64,000 bases of DNA from an uncultured Sutterella sp. (GCA_900754475.1 CAAECY010000078.1:5801-69800), one strand, 5' to 3'. Positions 27,443 to 37,076 are shown, numbered from the stretch's first letter. Program-made: numbers and translations. The notes: generated by a model not told the origin, from the sequence alone.

Positions 27443-29923
27443 TCAGGCGTGCGGGCCGACCGACTTCACCCAGGTCACGGTGTCTTCGCCCGCGCTCGTT
27501 TGCGGTGCGTAGCCGAGCGCGCGCATGAGGCCGTCCATGGCGTCGTTGCCGCGCAGCACGTACCCCGTGAGGGTCGAAAGTCCTGCGCGGGCGGCGCGCG
27601 CTTCGAGTTCGCCCATGACGAGGCGCGCAAGGCCGCGACGTTGATCGCGGTCGTGCACGACGACGCCGAATTCGGCGTCCCCGGGCGTTTTCGTGCGTCC
27701 CCAGCGGCCCACGGCGGCGATGCGTCGCGTGTTCTCGTCCTTGCGGTCGACCGCCTCGACGAGGACGGCCGTTTCGCGCTCGTAGTCGAGCCGGCACAAA
27801 GCGGCGACGCGCTCGTCGGAAAGGCGGGCCGAATTGTGAAAGCGAAGGAAAAAGCTTTGGTCGGAAAGGCTCGCGACGAAGTCCTTCAGCGCGGGGAAAT
27901 CGTTTTCGACGAGCGTTCGCAGGCGATACGTTTCCTCGGGCGTTCCGCCCGCGAGCGTCTCGTACTCGACCGGAGGCGGACACACGGTGAGGTGCGGGCC
28001 GCCCGGGGCGGCCGCGAGATCGGTCGTGGAAATGCGCGCGGAGCGACAGAAATACGCTTCGGGTTCGTCCCCCGCCGCATGTTCGAGCACGATTTCGACG
28101 AGGGCGGGAATGCGCTCGCCGAGTTCGGCGAGGCGAGCAAGCGAAAGGGCCGCGCCGAGAGCCTCCGCGTCGGAAAGGAGACGGCCGACGCGGATCGCGC
28201 GCACGCACCGGAGCGCTTCGTCGAGCGAGAGGGGCGGAAGCGCCGCGATTTCGTCCGTGCAGACCGCACCGAATTCGCCGCCGAGACTCGCGCGCACGTA
28301 AGCCCCGAGGACGTCGTCGCGGTTGAGTTCGAGTCTGAGGATCGGTCGATCGGGCTCGGGCCGCTCGTGCGTTGCGAGGAGATTCGCGTGCTCGCACAAG
28401 TGCTGCGTCTCTTCGCTCGTGAGGGCGATGCGCTCTTCGTCGACGGGCGCTTGGAGGACCGAACGGACGCGCGCGAGCGCCTCCTCGGCAAGACGGGGCG
28501 TCTGAAGCACGGGGACGCGTCGTTTGTCGTGCTTGAGTCGGGCTTCGCGAAAGAGGGCCGCCATGGCGCCCACGGCCGCCGTCGGCGAACGAACGGCGGC
28601 GATGCGCGCTTCGGGGGCGTGCGCGAGCTGAACCCGCACGGCGTGCGAAATCCGTTCGCTCGCCCACGAGAGGATGACGGGTTTCGTGGTCGTGCGCGCC
28701 GTTTGGGCGAGGAGCCGGAACGTGGGATCGACGGGCGTCGAGGGGCCCGGAGCAACGGTGACGAGCGCCCCTTCGACGGACGGGTCTTTCAGCACGATGT
28801 CGAGCGTTTTGCTCAGGCGCTCGGCGCTTGCGGCCGCGCCGACCACCACGGGATTGACGGGCAGCTGCGGACTCGGGAACGTGCGCTGCAACTCGTGAAT
28901 CGTCGAATTCGCAAGGCCGCTCAAGTGCATGCCGTGGCGTTCCGCGGCTTCGGCCGCCATCAGCGCGAAGCCCGTGCCGTTCGAGAGCACCGCAACGCGC
29001 GAGCCCCCTTCGGCGTCGCCCCGAAGAAAGGGTACGGGGCACGACGCGAGCGCCGCGACGGCGCTTGCAAACCGCCGGAAGTCCGATACGCACTGCGCGC
29101 CCGCGCGTCGCACGAGCGCGTCGAAAACGATCCCGCGTCCGGCGTGCGTGCCGAAACGGTGACAGGAGAGACGGTCGGCGGAAAAGCCCGCGTTCGAGCC
29201 CGAACGCAGAATGACGACGGGTTTGCGGGTGGCGGCGTAGGAAAGCGCGCTGTAAAAGGCTCTCGGGCGGCGCAGACCTTCGATTTGCACCGCGAGAACG
29301 CGCGTCCGTGCGTCGTCGGCGAAGTGCTCGATCCAGTCCGAAATCGAAAGGTCGATGTCGGCCCCCGTATTGACGACGCCCGAAAAGCCCGTGCGCACGT
29401 CCGCGAGGTCGTCGAGGAGCGCCGTGGCGATGAGGGCCGACTGGGTGACGAGCGCGATCCCGCCCGTACGGGGCGTGTCGGGCCAGTAACTCGCATTGAG
29501 GCCCGCGGGCGGGCACATGAGGCCGATCGAATCGGGGCCGATCACGCGCAGTCCCGTGCGACGGACGATCTCGCGGATGCGGTGCGAGAGGTCGCCCTCG
29601 ACGAAGAGGTGCTCCTCTTCGGGGGCGACGACGACGGCGAGCGTTCCCTTGCGCGCGAGCGCTTCGAGGGTGTCGGCGATGAGGTCGGAGCGCAGCGTGA
29701 CGACGGCGAGGTCGGGCGCTCCCGGGAGTTCGTCGACGCGCGCGTAGCAGAGGTCGTTCCCGATGTAGCGGTACTTCGGGTTGACGGGCCAGACGGCGCG
29801 GCCGTTGCGGCTCTTCGAGATCGACTGCCAGACGAAAAATCCCCGGCTCTCCGGGCGGTCGCTCGCTCCAACGACGGCGATCGAGCGGGGATTCAGGAGT
29901 CGCTGAAGGGAAAACTTTTCCAT
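27443..29923 (-). CDS. Pat/PatZ-type protein lysine acetyltransferase (NDP-forming acyl-CoA synthetase-like plus GNAT)
   Basis: LLNPRSIAVVGAS, PDLAVV, RVIGPDSIG, ALVTQS; C-terminal GNAT with LRF, LDYERE, AEFGVVV..QRRGLA..N.AM. Start at ATG 29923. Confidence 0.85.
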   Translation of the reverse strand: MEKFSLQRLLNPRSIAVVGASDRPESRGFFVWQSISKSRNGRAVWPVNPKYRYIGNDLCYARVDELPGAPDLAVVTLRSDLIADTLEALARKGTLAVVVAPEEEHLFVEGDLSHRIREIVRRTGLRVIGPDSIGLMCPPAGLNASYWPDTPRTGGIALVTQSALIATALLDDLADVRTGFSGVVNTGADIDLSISDWIEHFADDARTRVLAVQIEGLRRPRAFYSALSYAATRKPVVILRSGSNAGFSADRLSCHRFGTHAGRGIVFDALVRRAGAQCVSDFRRFASAVAALASCPVPFLRGDAEGGSRVAVLSNGTGFALMAAEAAERHGMHLSGLANSTIHELQRTFPSPQLPVNPVVVGAAASAERLSKTLDIVLKDPSVEGALVTVAPGPSTPVDPTFRLLAQTARTTTKPVILSWASERISHAVRVQLAHAPEARIAAVRSPTAAVGAMAALFREARLKHDKRRVPVLQTPRLAEEALARVRSVLQAPVDEERIALTSEETQHLCEHANLLATHERPEPDRPILRLELNRDDVLGAYVRASLGGEFGAVCTDEIAALPPLSLDEALRCVRAIRVGRLLSDAEALGAALSLARLAELGERIPALVEIVLEHAAGDEPEAYFCRSARISTTDLAAAPGGPHLTVCPPPVEYETLAGGTPEETYRLRTLVENDFPALKDFVASLSDQSFFLRFHNSARLSDERVAALCRLDYERETAVLVEAVDRKDENTRRIAAVGRWGRTKTPGDAEFGVVVHDRDQRRGLARLVMGELEARAARAGLSTLTGYVLRGNDAMDGLMRALGYAPQTSAGEDTVTWVKSVGPHA

Positions 29924-30161
29924 GGCGCGGGGTGAAAAAGAGCGCGTGAGGGCAAAGGTAAAAGGGTGCTTACAAGCATAACGAAGTTCGGCCGCTTCGG
30001 CGGGCGGGTCGGGGTTCCACGACGAGGCACGTCCGACGCCCCCTGCTACACTTGAAAGACACGCCGATGCGGGCGGATTTTTGCGCGAAATCGGCGCGGT
30101 GCCCCAAGGTGTTCCGCGCCCGCGCGCCCGCACGTTCTTTCTCCCATCAAGGATTTTCCCA

Positions 30162-31262
30162 ATGAAAGTCAATGGCATTCCCACCCGCAGCATTCGATCG
30201 CTCGACGGCGGTACGGCGGTCGAGATCGTCGATCAGACTTCGCTTCCCTATCACTACGAAACGCGCGTGCTCAACGACTGGCGCGATTGCGTGGAAGCCA
30301 TTGCCAACATGCGCGTACGCGGCGCGCCCCTGATCGGCATCACCGGGGCGTGGGGCGTCGTGCTCGCCGCGAAGGAAGACCCGGAAAACGCCGCTTTGCT
30401 TGCGGCGGCCGACGCCATTGCCAACGCGCGCCCGACGGCCGTGAATCTCTCGTGGGCCGTGCACCGCATGATGGGCGCGCTCCTGCCGCGCGAACCTTCG
30501 CTGCGCTTCGAAGCGGCGGTGAAGCTTGCCGAAGCGATGACGCAGGAAGACGTGCTCACGTGCCGCGCGATCGGCGAGGCGGGCGCTCCGCTCATCGCGG
30601 ACCTCTACCAGAAGCTTCGCCGCCCCGTGAACATCCTCACGCACTGCAACGCGGGGTGGCTCGCCACCGTCGACTACGGTACGGCGCTCGCGCCGATTTA
30701 CGCGGCGTTCGAGCGCGGAACGCCCCTGCACGTTTGGGTCGACGAGACCCGTCCGCGCAATCAGGGGCTCCTGACCGCGTGGGAGCTCGCCCAACACGGC
30801 GTGCCGCACACGATCATCGCGGACAACGCGGGCGGGCAGCTCATGCAGCAGGGCGACGTCGACCTCGTGATCGTCGGCGCCGACCGCATCACGCGCCGCG
30901 GCGACGTGGCCAACAAGATCGGCACGTACCTCAAGGCGCTCGCCGCGCACGACAACGACGTGCCCTTCTACGTGGCGGCCCCCTCGTCCACGATCGACTG
31001 GAAGCTGACCGACGGCAAGCGCCAGATTCCGATCGAAAACCGGGCGTCGTCCGAACTTCTCTCCGTGCGCGGCATCGATTCGACGGGGCGCATCGCCGCC
31101 GTGCAGATCGCGCCCGTCGAAGAGGCCGTCGCGAACCCCGCTTTCGATGTGACGCACAACCGCTTCGTCACCGGTCTCATCACCGAGCGCGGCGTGGTGG
31201 CGCCCACCGATCTGACGTCGGTCTTTTCCGACAAGCTCCTTCCCGAAGGAGGTGCGTCGTGA
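30162..31262 (+). CDS. mtnA: Methylthioribose-1-phosphate isomerase
   Basis: MRVRGAPLIG, RPTAVNL, LTHCNAGWLATVDYGTA, DETRPRNQG, GDVANKIGTY, NPAFDVT. Confidence 0.95.
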   Translation: MKVNGIPTRSIRSLDGGTAVEIVDQTSLPYHYETRVLNDWRDCVEAIANMRVRGAPLIGITGAWGVVLAAKEDPENAALLAAADAIANARPTAVNLSWAVHRMMGALLPREPSLRFEAAVKLAEAMTQEDVLTCRAIGEAGAPLIADLYQKLRRPVNILTHCNAGWLATVDYGTALAPIYAAFERGTPLHVWVDETRPRNQGLLTAWELAQHGVPHTIIADNAGGQLMQQGDVDLVIVGADRITRRGDVANKIGTYLKALAAHDNDVPFYVAAPSSTIDWKLTDGKRQIPIENRASSELLSVRGIDSTGRIAAVQIAPVEEAVANPAFDVTHNRFVTGLITERGVVAPTDLTSVFSDKLLPEGGAS

Positions 31263-31960
31263 CGACCGTGTCGATCCCCGAGGACGACGTTGCGATCCGC
31301 CGGGCGGTGATTGAAACCGCGCGGGCCATGAACCGGCTCGGCATCAACGTCAACAAGTCCGGCAACGTTTCCGCGCGCGTGGTGTCCGAAGGGGAATGCG
31401 GGATGCTCGTGACGCCGACCGGAGTTCCCTACGACGAGCTCGTCCCCGAAGACCTCGTTTTCGTTCCCTTCGGCGACGAGCCGAGCCTCAAGCGCGCCCG
31501 AGGGCGCCGCGCGCCTTCGAGCGAATGGGAAATGCACGAGCGCATCTACGCCGTGCGTCCCGATGCGGGGGCCGTGGTGCACACGCACTCGTGTTTTGCG
31601 ACGGCGCTCGCGTGCCAGAACCTCCCGATACCGGCTTTTCACTACATGGTGGCCGCAGCGGGGGGCACCTCCGTCGACGTCGTCCCGTACGCCACTTTCG
31701 GCACGCCCGAATTGGCTCGGGCTGCGGCCGAGGGCGTGCGCGAAAAGGACGCCGCGCTCCTCGAACACCACGGCGTGATCGCACTCGGAAGCACGCTGGA
31801 GCGGGCGCTGCGACTCGCCCACGAAGTCGAAAACCTCGCCCGCCAGTACGTGACGGTGCGCCAGCTCGGCGAACCCCGCCTGATCGACGACGAGGAAATG
31901 CGGCGCATCGTCGCCAAATTCCGCACTTACGGGCAACCGCAGGCTCCGAAGGAGGCATGA
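31259..31960 (+). CDS. Class II aldolase (FucA/Ald2-like)
   Basis: SGNVSAR, VTPTG, PSSEWEMH, HTHS, AFHYMVA, LLEHHG; GTG start overlapping the mtnA stop. Confidence 0.9.
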   Translation: MTTVSIPEDDVAIRRAVIETARAMNRLGINVNKSGNVSARVVSEGECGMLVTPTGVPYDELVPEDLVFVPFGDEPSLKRARGRRAPSSEWEMHERIYAVRPDAGAVVHTHSCFATALACQNLPIPAFHYMVAAAGGTSVDVVPYATFGTPELARAAAEGVREKDAALLEHHGVIALGSTLERALRLAHEVENLARQYVTVRQLGEPRLIDDEEMRRIVAKFRTYGQPQAPKEA

Positions 31961-32208
31961 TGGCCGATATTCCCGCGCCCAAAGCCTGGTACCGCGCGGA
32001 CGGTACCGTCGTATCCTGTACGGAGTCCGTCAAGGTGCTCGCCGAAAATTGGGAAGAGGCGGTCGAACTTTTGCAGGAGCAGTTCGAAGACGCCGTGTTG
32101 CTCGGCGTCGGCAAGGACGCTTTCCGAGCGGCGATGCACGAACTCGTCGACGCGCTCGCGTGCGATTACGAGGAAAAGAAAGCGCCCGTCGAGTCGCTCA
32201 AACGCTGA
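31957..32208 (+). CDS. Small acidic hypothetical protein (83 aa)
   Basis: SD GGAGG and ATGA overlap with the aldolase stop; host-like codon use; W..DG..VSC.E..KVL.EN. Confidence 0.75.
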   Translation: MMADIPAPKAWYRADGTVVSCTESVKVLAENWEEAVELLQEQFEDAVLLGVGKDAFRAAMHELVDALACDYEEKKAPVESLKR

Positions 32209-32263
32209 ACGAGCGGAAAAAGCGACGAAGAGCGGACGCGCGTTTCGTGTGAGGAGGTTCAGG

Positions 32264-32758
32264 ATGAAGTGGAAAAATTTGGCGGCGGCCGTTGCGGCGA
32301 CCTTGATCGTCGCGGGTTGCGCGCATCCGCAATTGATGGAGCTCTCGATGAGCGAAGGTGCGGTCGAAACCGAACTCGGCGCCCCCGACGCACGCGTTGC
32401 GCTCCCCGAGGGCGGCTCGCGCTGGGTCTACTCCATGCAGCCGATGGCTCAAGAGGTCTGGTGGCTCACGTTCGACGCTTCGGGAAAGCTCGTCACCAAA
32501 GAGAATGTTCTCGATCGGGAGCATTTTGCGCTCATCAAGCCGGGCGTCACCACGCAGAGCGAAGTGTTCGATCTTTTCGGGCCCTGCGCGCAGAAGTACG
32601 AATTCCATCTGAAAAACGAAACCGCCTGGATGTATCGGTTCCTCGACGAGGGGTTCTTTTACATGGCCTGCTGGGTGCAGTTCGATACGAAGGGAGTCGT
32701 CACGGAAGTGGGTTACACGACCGATCCCTGGCGGGATCGCGACAACTGGTGGCCCTGA
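32264..32758 (+). CDS. Lipoprotein with SmpA/BamE-like repeats
   Basis: SD GAGGAGG; lipobox VAGC; two repeats of the ..V...LG.P.....W.Y....F...G.V type. Confidence 0.75.
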   Translation: MKWKNLAAAVAATLIVAGCAHPQLMELSMSEGAVETELGAPDARVALPEGGSRWVYSMQPMAQEVWWLTFDASGKLVTKENVLDREHFALIKPGVTTQSEVFDLFGPCAQKYEFHLKNETAWMYRFLDEGFFYMACWVQFDTKGVVTEVGYTTDPWRDRDNWWP

Positions 32759-32825
32759 GCGAGTGCGGGCGGTGAGGGGGATTCCAATCGCCCCGACCGC
32801 TATCCCGGGAATTTGTTAACGTAGT

Positions 32826-32855
32826 CGGGCGACGATCGTGTCGCCCGTTTTTTTT
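32826..32855 (+). terminator. Intrinsic terminator closing the mtnA operon
   Basis: CGGGCGAC...GTCGCCCG stem followed by a T-run. Confidence 0.8.
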
Positions 32856-32965
32856 GAGGGGCGAAGTGTCGCGCGGGCCGCTGAGGCGGCCGACGGTTGT
32901 TCGGACTCAGAAAGGAGGCGGCGCGCCCGATGTTTGCAAAGGAAATGCCGGGCGCCCCATGACGC

Positions 32966-33991
32966 ATGCAAAACCGCGAACGCATCGATCGGCTCTTTCG
33001 GGCGGCCGAAGGACGCTGGCCGCAGATTTTCGAAGCGGCCGGGATGGACCCCCGACACTTCGCGAAACCCAACCGTCCGTGTCCGCTCTGCGGCGGCACG
33101 GACCGCTTTACGTTTCTCGCCAAGCGCGAACCCGACCACGGCATGTGGTTTTGCCGCGGATGCGGAGCCGGAGACGGCATTCGGCTCGTGAGATCGTTCC
33201 GGCACGGGACGTTTTTCGAAACGCTCGAATTCATCGAGTCGTTCCTGGGGCTTCCTCCCTGGAAGGCTGCGTCCTCTCCGGGGGCGCAGAGCGAAGCACG
33301 GCGTGCGCGGCGCGAGGCCGCGGAGGCGCAAGCCGAGAAGCGACGCCGCCTCGCGGCGCTCGAAGCGCACTGGGCCCAAGCCGAGCCGCTCGACCTTGAG
33401 GCCGACACGCCTGCCGCGCGCTACTTGCGTCGTCGGGGAATCCGCCATCTCGACGGTTGCACCGAACTGCGCTGGTTTGCCCGGGAGCCCTATTGGTCGG
33501 AGGAAGGGACGTCGTTTTGGCCCGCTCTCCTTGCGCGCGTCACCGATCCCGAGGGACGGACGACGGCCTTGCATCGCACGTACCTGACGGAGTCCGGGGA
33601 AAAGGCGCCCGTTGCTGCGGCGAAGAAGCTGACGGCGGGCGAACTCGGCGAAGGGTTCGTGCGGCTTTTTCCGCCTTCGAGCATCCTGTGTCTTGCCGAA
33701 GGGATCGAGACCGCGCTTTCCGTGCACGAGACGGAAGGGGTTCCCGTGTGGTCGGTGATTTCCGTGGGCGGCTACGAGCGCTTTCGCACGCTCCCCGAGG
33801 GGCTGCGCGAATTGCGGGTCTACGCGGACAACGATCGATCGTTTGCGGGTATTGCGGGTGCGTACGAGCTCGCACGGCGACTCAAGCGCGACCATCCGAC
33901 GCTGGTCGTGAAGGTTTTCGAACCCGAGCGGGAGGGGGAGGATTGGAACGACGTTCTGAGGCGCAGGGAGGAACGGGGCGCCCCGAAGTGA
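32966..33991 (+). CDS. P4-alpha/plasmid-type DNA primase (Zn ribbon plus TOPRIM), no helicase domain
   Basis: GRWPQIF, CPLCGGTDRF...WFCRGCGAGDG, YLRRRGI, LHRTYL, LAEGIETALS, ADND, DWND. Confidence 0.85.
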   Translation: MQNRERIDRLFRAAEGRWPQIFEAAGMDPRHFAKPNRPCPLCGGTDRFTFLAKREPDHGMWFCRGCGAGDGIRLVRSFRHGTFFETLEFIESFLGLPPWKAASSPGAQSEARRARREAAEAQAEKRRRLAALEAHWAQAEPLDLEADTPAARYLRRRGIRHLDGCTELRWFAREPYWSEEGTSFWPALLARVTDPEGRTTALHRTYLTESGEKAPVAAAKKLTAGELGEGFVRLFPPSSILCLAEGIETALSVHETEGVPVWSVISVGGYERFRTLPEGLRELRVYADNDRSFAGIAGAYELARRLKRDHPTLVVKVFEPEREGEDWNDVLRRREERGAPK

Positions 33992-34004
33992 AATCGCGGA
34001 GGGA

Positions 34005-34067
34005 GAAAAAATAAAACCGGTTCTCTCTCCGTTTAATGCCCGATCTAGTGGAGAAAGAACCGGTTTT
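34005..34067 (-). terminator. Long hairpin with U-run between convergent primase and aspS
   Basis: 18-bp inverted repeat 34013-34030 / 34050-34067 (one mismatch), followed by ATTTTTT on the minus strand. Confidence 0.7.
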
Positions 34068-34134
34068 CCTCCGGACGCCTTGCCGGAAAACCGTCAAAGC
34101 GTCTAGGGATAGTTAGTATAACACAAGTCGAGAA

Positions 34135-35946
34135 TTATTGCCCGGCGATATCGTGTTCCTTCTTGGGCTCGTTGCGCAGACGGATGTGCAGTTCGCGCAA
34201 CTGCTTTTCTTCGACGGGAGCCGGGGCCTGCGTGAGCAGACACTGGGCGCGCTGCGTCTTCGGGAACGCGATCACGTCGCGGATCGAATCGGCGCCGCAC
34301 ATCATCGTGGCGATGCGGTCGAGGCCGAAGGCGATGCCGCCGTGGGGAGGCGCGCCGAACTGCAGGGCGTCGAGCAGGAAGCCGAACTTCTGACGGGCTT
34401 CTTCCTTGCCGATCTTGAGGGCTTCGAAGACCTTTTCCTGCACTTCTTCACGGTGGATGCGGATGGAGCCGCCGCCCACTTCCCAGCCGTTCAGGACCAT
34501 GTCGTAGGCCTTGGCGTAGCAGTGTTCCGGATCCGTGAGGAGCTTGTCTTCGTGGCCGTCCAGGGGGCAGGTGAACGGATGGTGGCAGGAAACCCAGCGC
34601 TGGTCTTCTTCCGAGTATTCGAACATCGGGAAGTTGACGACCCAGAGGGGCTGCCAGCCCGGCGTGAAGAGGCCGGTCGACTTGCCGAATTCCGAGTGAC
34701 CGATCTTGAGACGCAGAGCGCCGAGGCTGTCCCAAACAATCTTGGCCTTGTCGGCGCCGAAGAAGATGACGTCGCCGTCCTTGGCACCCGTGCGGGCGAT
34801 GATCTGGGCGAGTTCGTCGTCGGAGAGGTTCTTGACGATCGGGCTCTGGAGGCCTTCGCGACCGCGGGCGGCTTCATTGACCTTGATGTAGGCGAGGCCC
34901 TTGGCGCCGTAGATCTTGACGAATTCGGTGTAGGCGTCGATTTCGGAGCGCGGCATCGTGCAGGCACCCGGGACGCGCAGAGCGACGACCTTGCCGTTGT
35001 GCAGGGACTTCACGCCCGAGAAGACCTTGAACTGCGAGTCCGCGACGATGTCGGTGACTTCGACGAGCTGGAGGTTGACGCGCAGGTCCGGCTTGTCGGA
35101 GCCGTACTTGGCCATGGCGTCGTCCCACTGCATGACGGGGAAGGGGTTGGCGAGTTCGACGTCGAGCACTTCCTTGAAGACCGTGCGCATCAGGTCTTCC
35201 ATGATGGCGCGGATTTCGTCCATGCTGAGGAAGGACGTTTCGATATCGACCTGGGTGAATTCGGGCTGACGGTCCGCACGGAGGTCTTCGTCGCGGAAGC
35301 ACTTCACGATCTGGTAGTAGCGGTCGAACCCGGCCATCATCAGAAGCTGCTTGAAGAGCTGGGGCGACTGCGGCAGAGCGTAGAAGCAACCGTCCTGAAC
35401 GCGCGAGGGCACGAGGTAGTCGCGGGCGCCTTCGGGGGTCGAACGGGTGAGCATCGGCGTTTCGATGTCGATGAAGCCGTGGCTGTCGAGGTACTTGCGG
35501 AAGGCCATCGCGGCGCGGTAGCGCAGGCGGAGGTTCTTCTGCATCTGGGGACGACGCAGGTCGAGCACGCGGTACGTGAGGCGCGTCGTTTCCGAGAGGT
35601 TTTCGTCGTCGAGGTGGAACGGAGGCGTAACCGAGGCGTTGAGGATTTCAAGCTCCTGGCAGAGCACTTCGACGCCGCCCGAGATGAGGTTGTCGTTCTT
35701 CGTGCCTTCGGGACGGGCGCGAACGAGACCGACCACCTTCAGGCAGTATTCGTTGCGGCACTTGTCGGCGGTGGCGAAGACTTCCGGACGGTCCGGGTCG
35801 CAGACGACCTGAACGAGACCTTCGCGGTCGCGCAGGTCGATGAAGATCACGCCGCCGTGGTCGCGACGACGATGAGCCCAGCCGTAGAGAGTCACAGTCT
35901 GGCCGATGAAGGACTCGTCGACCAAGCCAGAGTACACGGTACGCAT
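34135..35946 (-). CDS. aspS: Aspartate-tRNA ligase, probably non-discriminating (Asp/Asn)
   Basis: [15 protein letters not shown] (His typical of the ND type), [31 protein letters not shown]. Confidence 0.97.
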   Translation of the reverse strand: MRTVYSGLVDESFIGQTVTLYGWAHRRRDHGGVIFIDLRDREGLVQVVCDPDRPEVFATADKCRNEYCLKVVGLVRARPEGTKNDNLISGGVEVLCQELEILNASVTPPFHLDDENLSETTRLTYRVLDLRRPQMQKNLRLRYRAAMAFRKYLDSHGFIDIETPMLTRSTPEGARDYLVPSRVQDGCFYALPQSPQLFKQLLMMAGFDRYYQIVKCFRDEDLRADRQPEFTQVDIETSFLSMDEIRAIMEDLMRTVFKEVLDVELANPFPVMQWDDAMAKYGSDKPDLRVNLQLVEVTDIVADSQFKVFSGVKSLHNGKVVALRVPGACTMPRSEIDAYTEFVKIYGAKGLAYIKVNEAARGREGLQSPIVKNLSDDELAQIIARTGAKDGDVIFFGADKAKIVWDSLGALRLKIGHSEFGKSTGLFTPGWQPLWVVNFPMFEYSEEDQRWVSCHHPFTCPLDGHEDKLLTDPEHCYAKAYDMVLNGWEVGGGSIRIHREEVQEKVFEALKIGKEEARQKFGFLLDALQFGAPPHGGIAFGLDRIATMMCGADSIRDVIAFPKTQRAQCLLTQAPAPVEEKQLRELHIRLRNEPKKEHDIAGQ

Positions 35947-36133
35947 AGTTGCTCCGAGAAAAATGCACCGCCGGGAAAGAACGGTGCGGGACGAAATGGA
36001 AACGTTGAGGCGGAGACCGCCTTCGCGTCAATGGTGTTCTGGGCCGCCTCGGTCGCGCCGGGCGCCTCGGCGGCTCTTCGTGGTTTCGGTGCCGCGTGCC
36101 GAAGGCACGCACATGACGGCAAGTGTAGCGCTA

Positions 36134-36766
36134 TTAGCTTTTCTTGGTCGGTTCCGCCTCCGATTTGGAGGTCCCGGAAGGCGTCATGACGCCGAGAGAG
36201 AGGTGGAATTTCAGCGCCTCGTCGACCGTCACGTGGGAGGGATGGAGAGCCGAGCGGCGGGTCATCACCACGTAACCCGACGTGGGGTTCGGGGCCGTGG
36301 GCACGTAGACCGTGACGAGGTCCGGCATGTCGAGCGTCGCGCGCGTGGCTTCCGAGGGGGTCGACACGGTGAAGCCGTAGGTCCACTGGCCCTTGTTGGG
36401 GAATTCGATGAGCACGACCTCCTTGAAGCTCTCCGTCTGATCGGAAAGCAGGGTCGAGGTGATCTGCTTGGCGCCCGAGTAGAGCGGACGCACGAGGGGA
36501 ATGCGGTTGAGGAACGCCTCCCAGAGGCGCAGCACCCACTGGCCGATGAAGTTCGCAGCGAGGATGCCCGTGACGAACACGGCGACGGCCGCCATCACGA
36601 GGCCGATCCCCGGGACGTGCATGCCGATGAACGCGTCGGGACGCAGGTGCGGGGGCAGCGCTTCGACGATCGAGTCGCTCCAGCGGATGATGGTTTCGAG
36701 CACCCAGAAGGTGACGGCGAGCGGGATCCAGAGCAGGAGCCCGGCGGTGAAATATTTTTTAAGCAT
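36134..36766 (-). CDS. DUF502 membrane protein
   Basis: KKYFTAGLL.WIPL, RIPLVR..Y, VYVPTAPNPTSG; fmdB-DUF502-aspS order. Confidence 0.9.
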   Translation of the reverse strand: MLKKYFTAGLLLWIPLAVTFWVLETIIRWSDSIVEALPPHLRPDAFIGMHVPGIGLVMAAVAVFVTGILAANFIGQWVLRLWEAFLNRIPLVRPLYSGAKQITSTLLSDQTESFKEVVLIEFPNKGQWTYGFTVSTPSEATRATLDMPDLVTVYVPTAPNPTSGYVVMTRRSALHPSHVTVDEALKFHLSLGVMTPSGTSKSEAEPTKKS

Positions 36767-36851
36767 TGAGGCGGGCAAACAAGAAAAAAGCCGCGTTTCG
36801 GCGCTCTTCACGGCGCGATGAACGCGGCTTTCGGAGACTCCCCGAAGGGCG

Positions 36852-37076
36852 TCACTTACCGGGTTTGGCGTGCGAAGCGGGCAACGCCTTGTGGCCGCCG
36901 TTGAAGTCGGTGGCGGCCCAACCGTTCCCCTTGAGCTCGAACCCGGGAGCGGAGAGCTCTTTGCGGAACGTGTCCTTGCCGCACTTCGGGCAGGTCGTCA
37001 GGGGCTTGTCGCTCATCTTCTGCAGGAAGTCCTTTTCGAACCCGCAGGAGGCGCATTTATAAGCGTAAATCGGCAT
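36852..37076 (-). CDS. FmdB-family zinc-ribbon protein
   Basis: MPIYAYKCASCG...CPKCG...F.LKGNGW..TDF. Confidence 0.9.
   Translation of the reverse strand: MPIYAYKCASCGFEKDFLQKMSDKPLTTCPKCGKDTFRKELSAPGFELKGNGWAATDFNGGHKALPASHAKPGK

Noticed and set aside
33882..34097. 71-aa minus-strand ORF across the primase/aspS intergenic hairpins
   Set aside because: TTG start, no clear SD, crosses a terminator and overlaps the primase antisense; an RNA-level explanation fits better.
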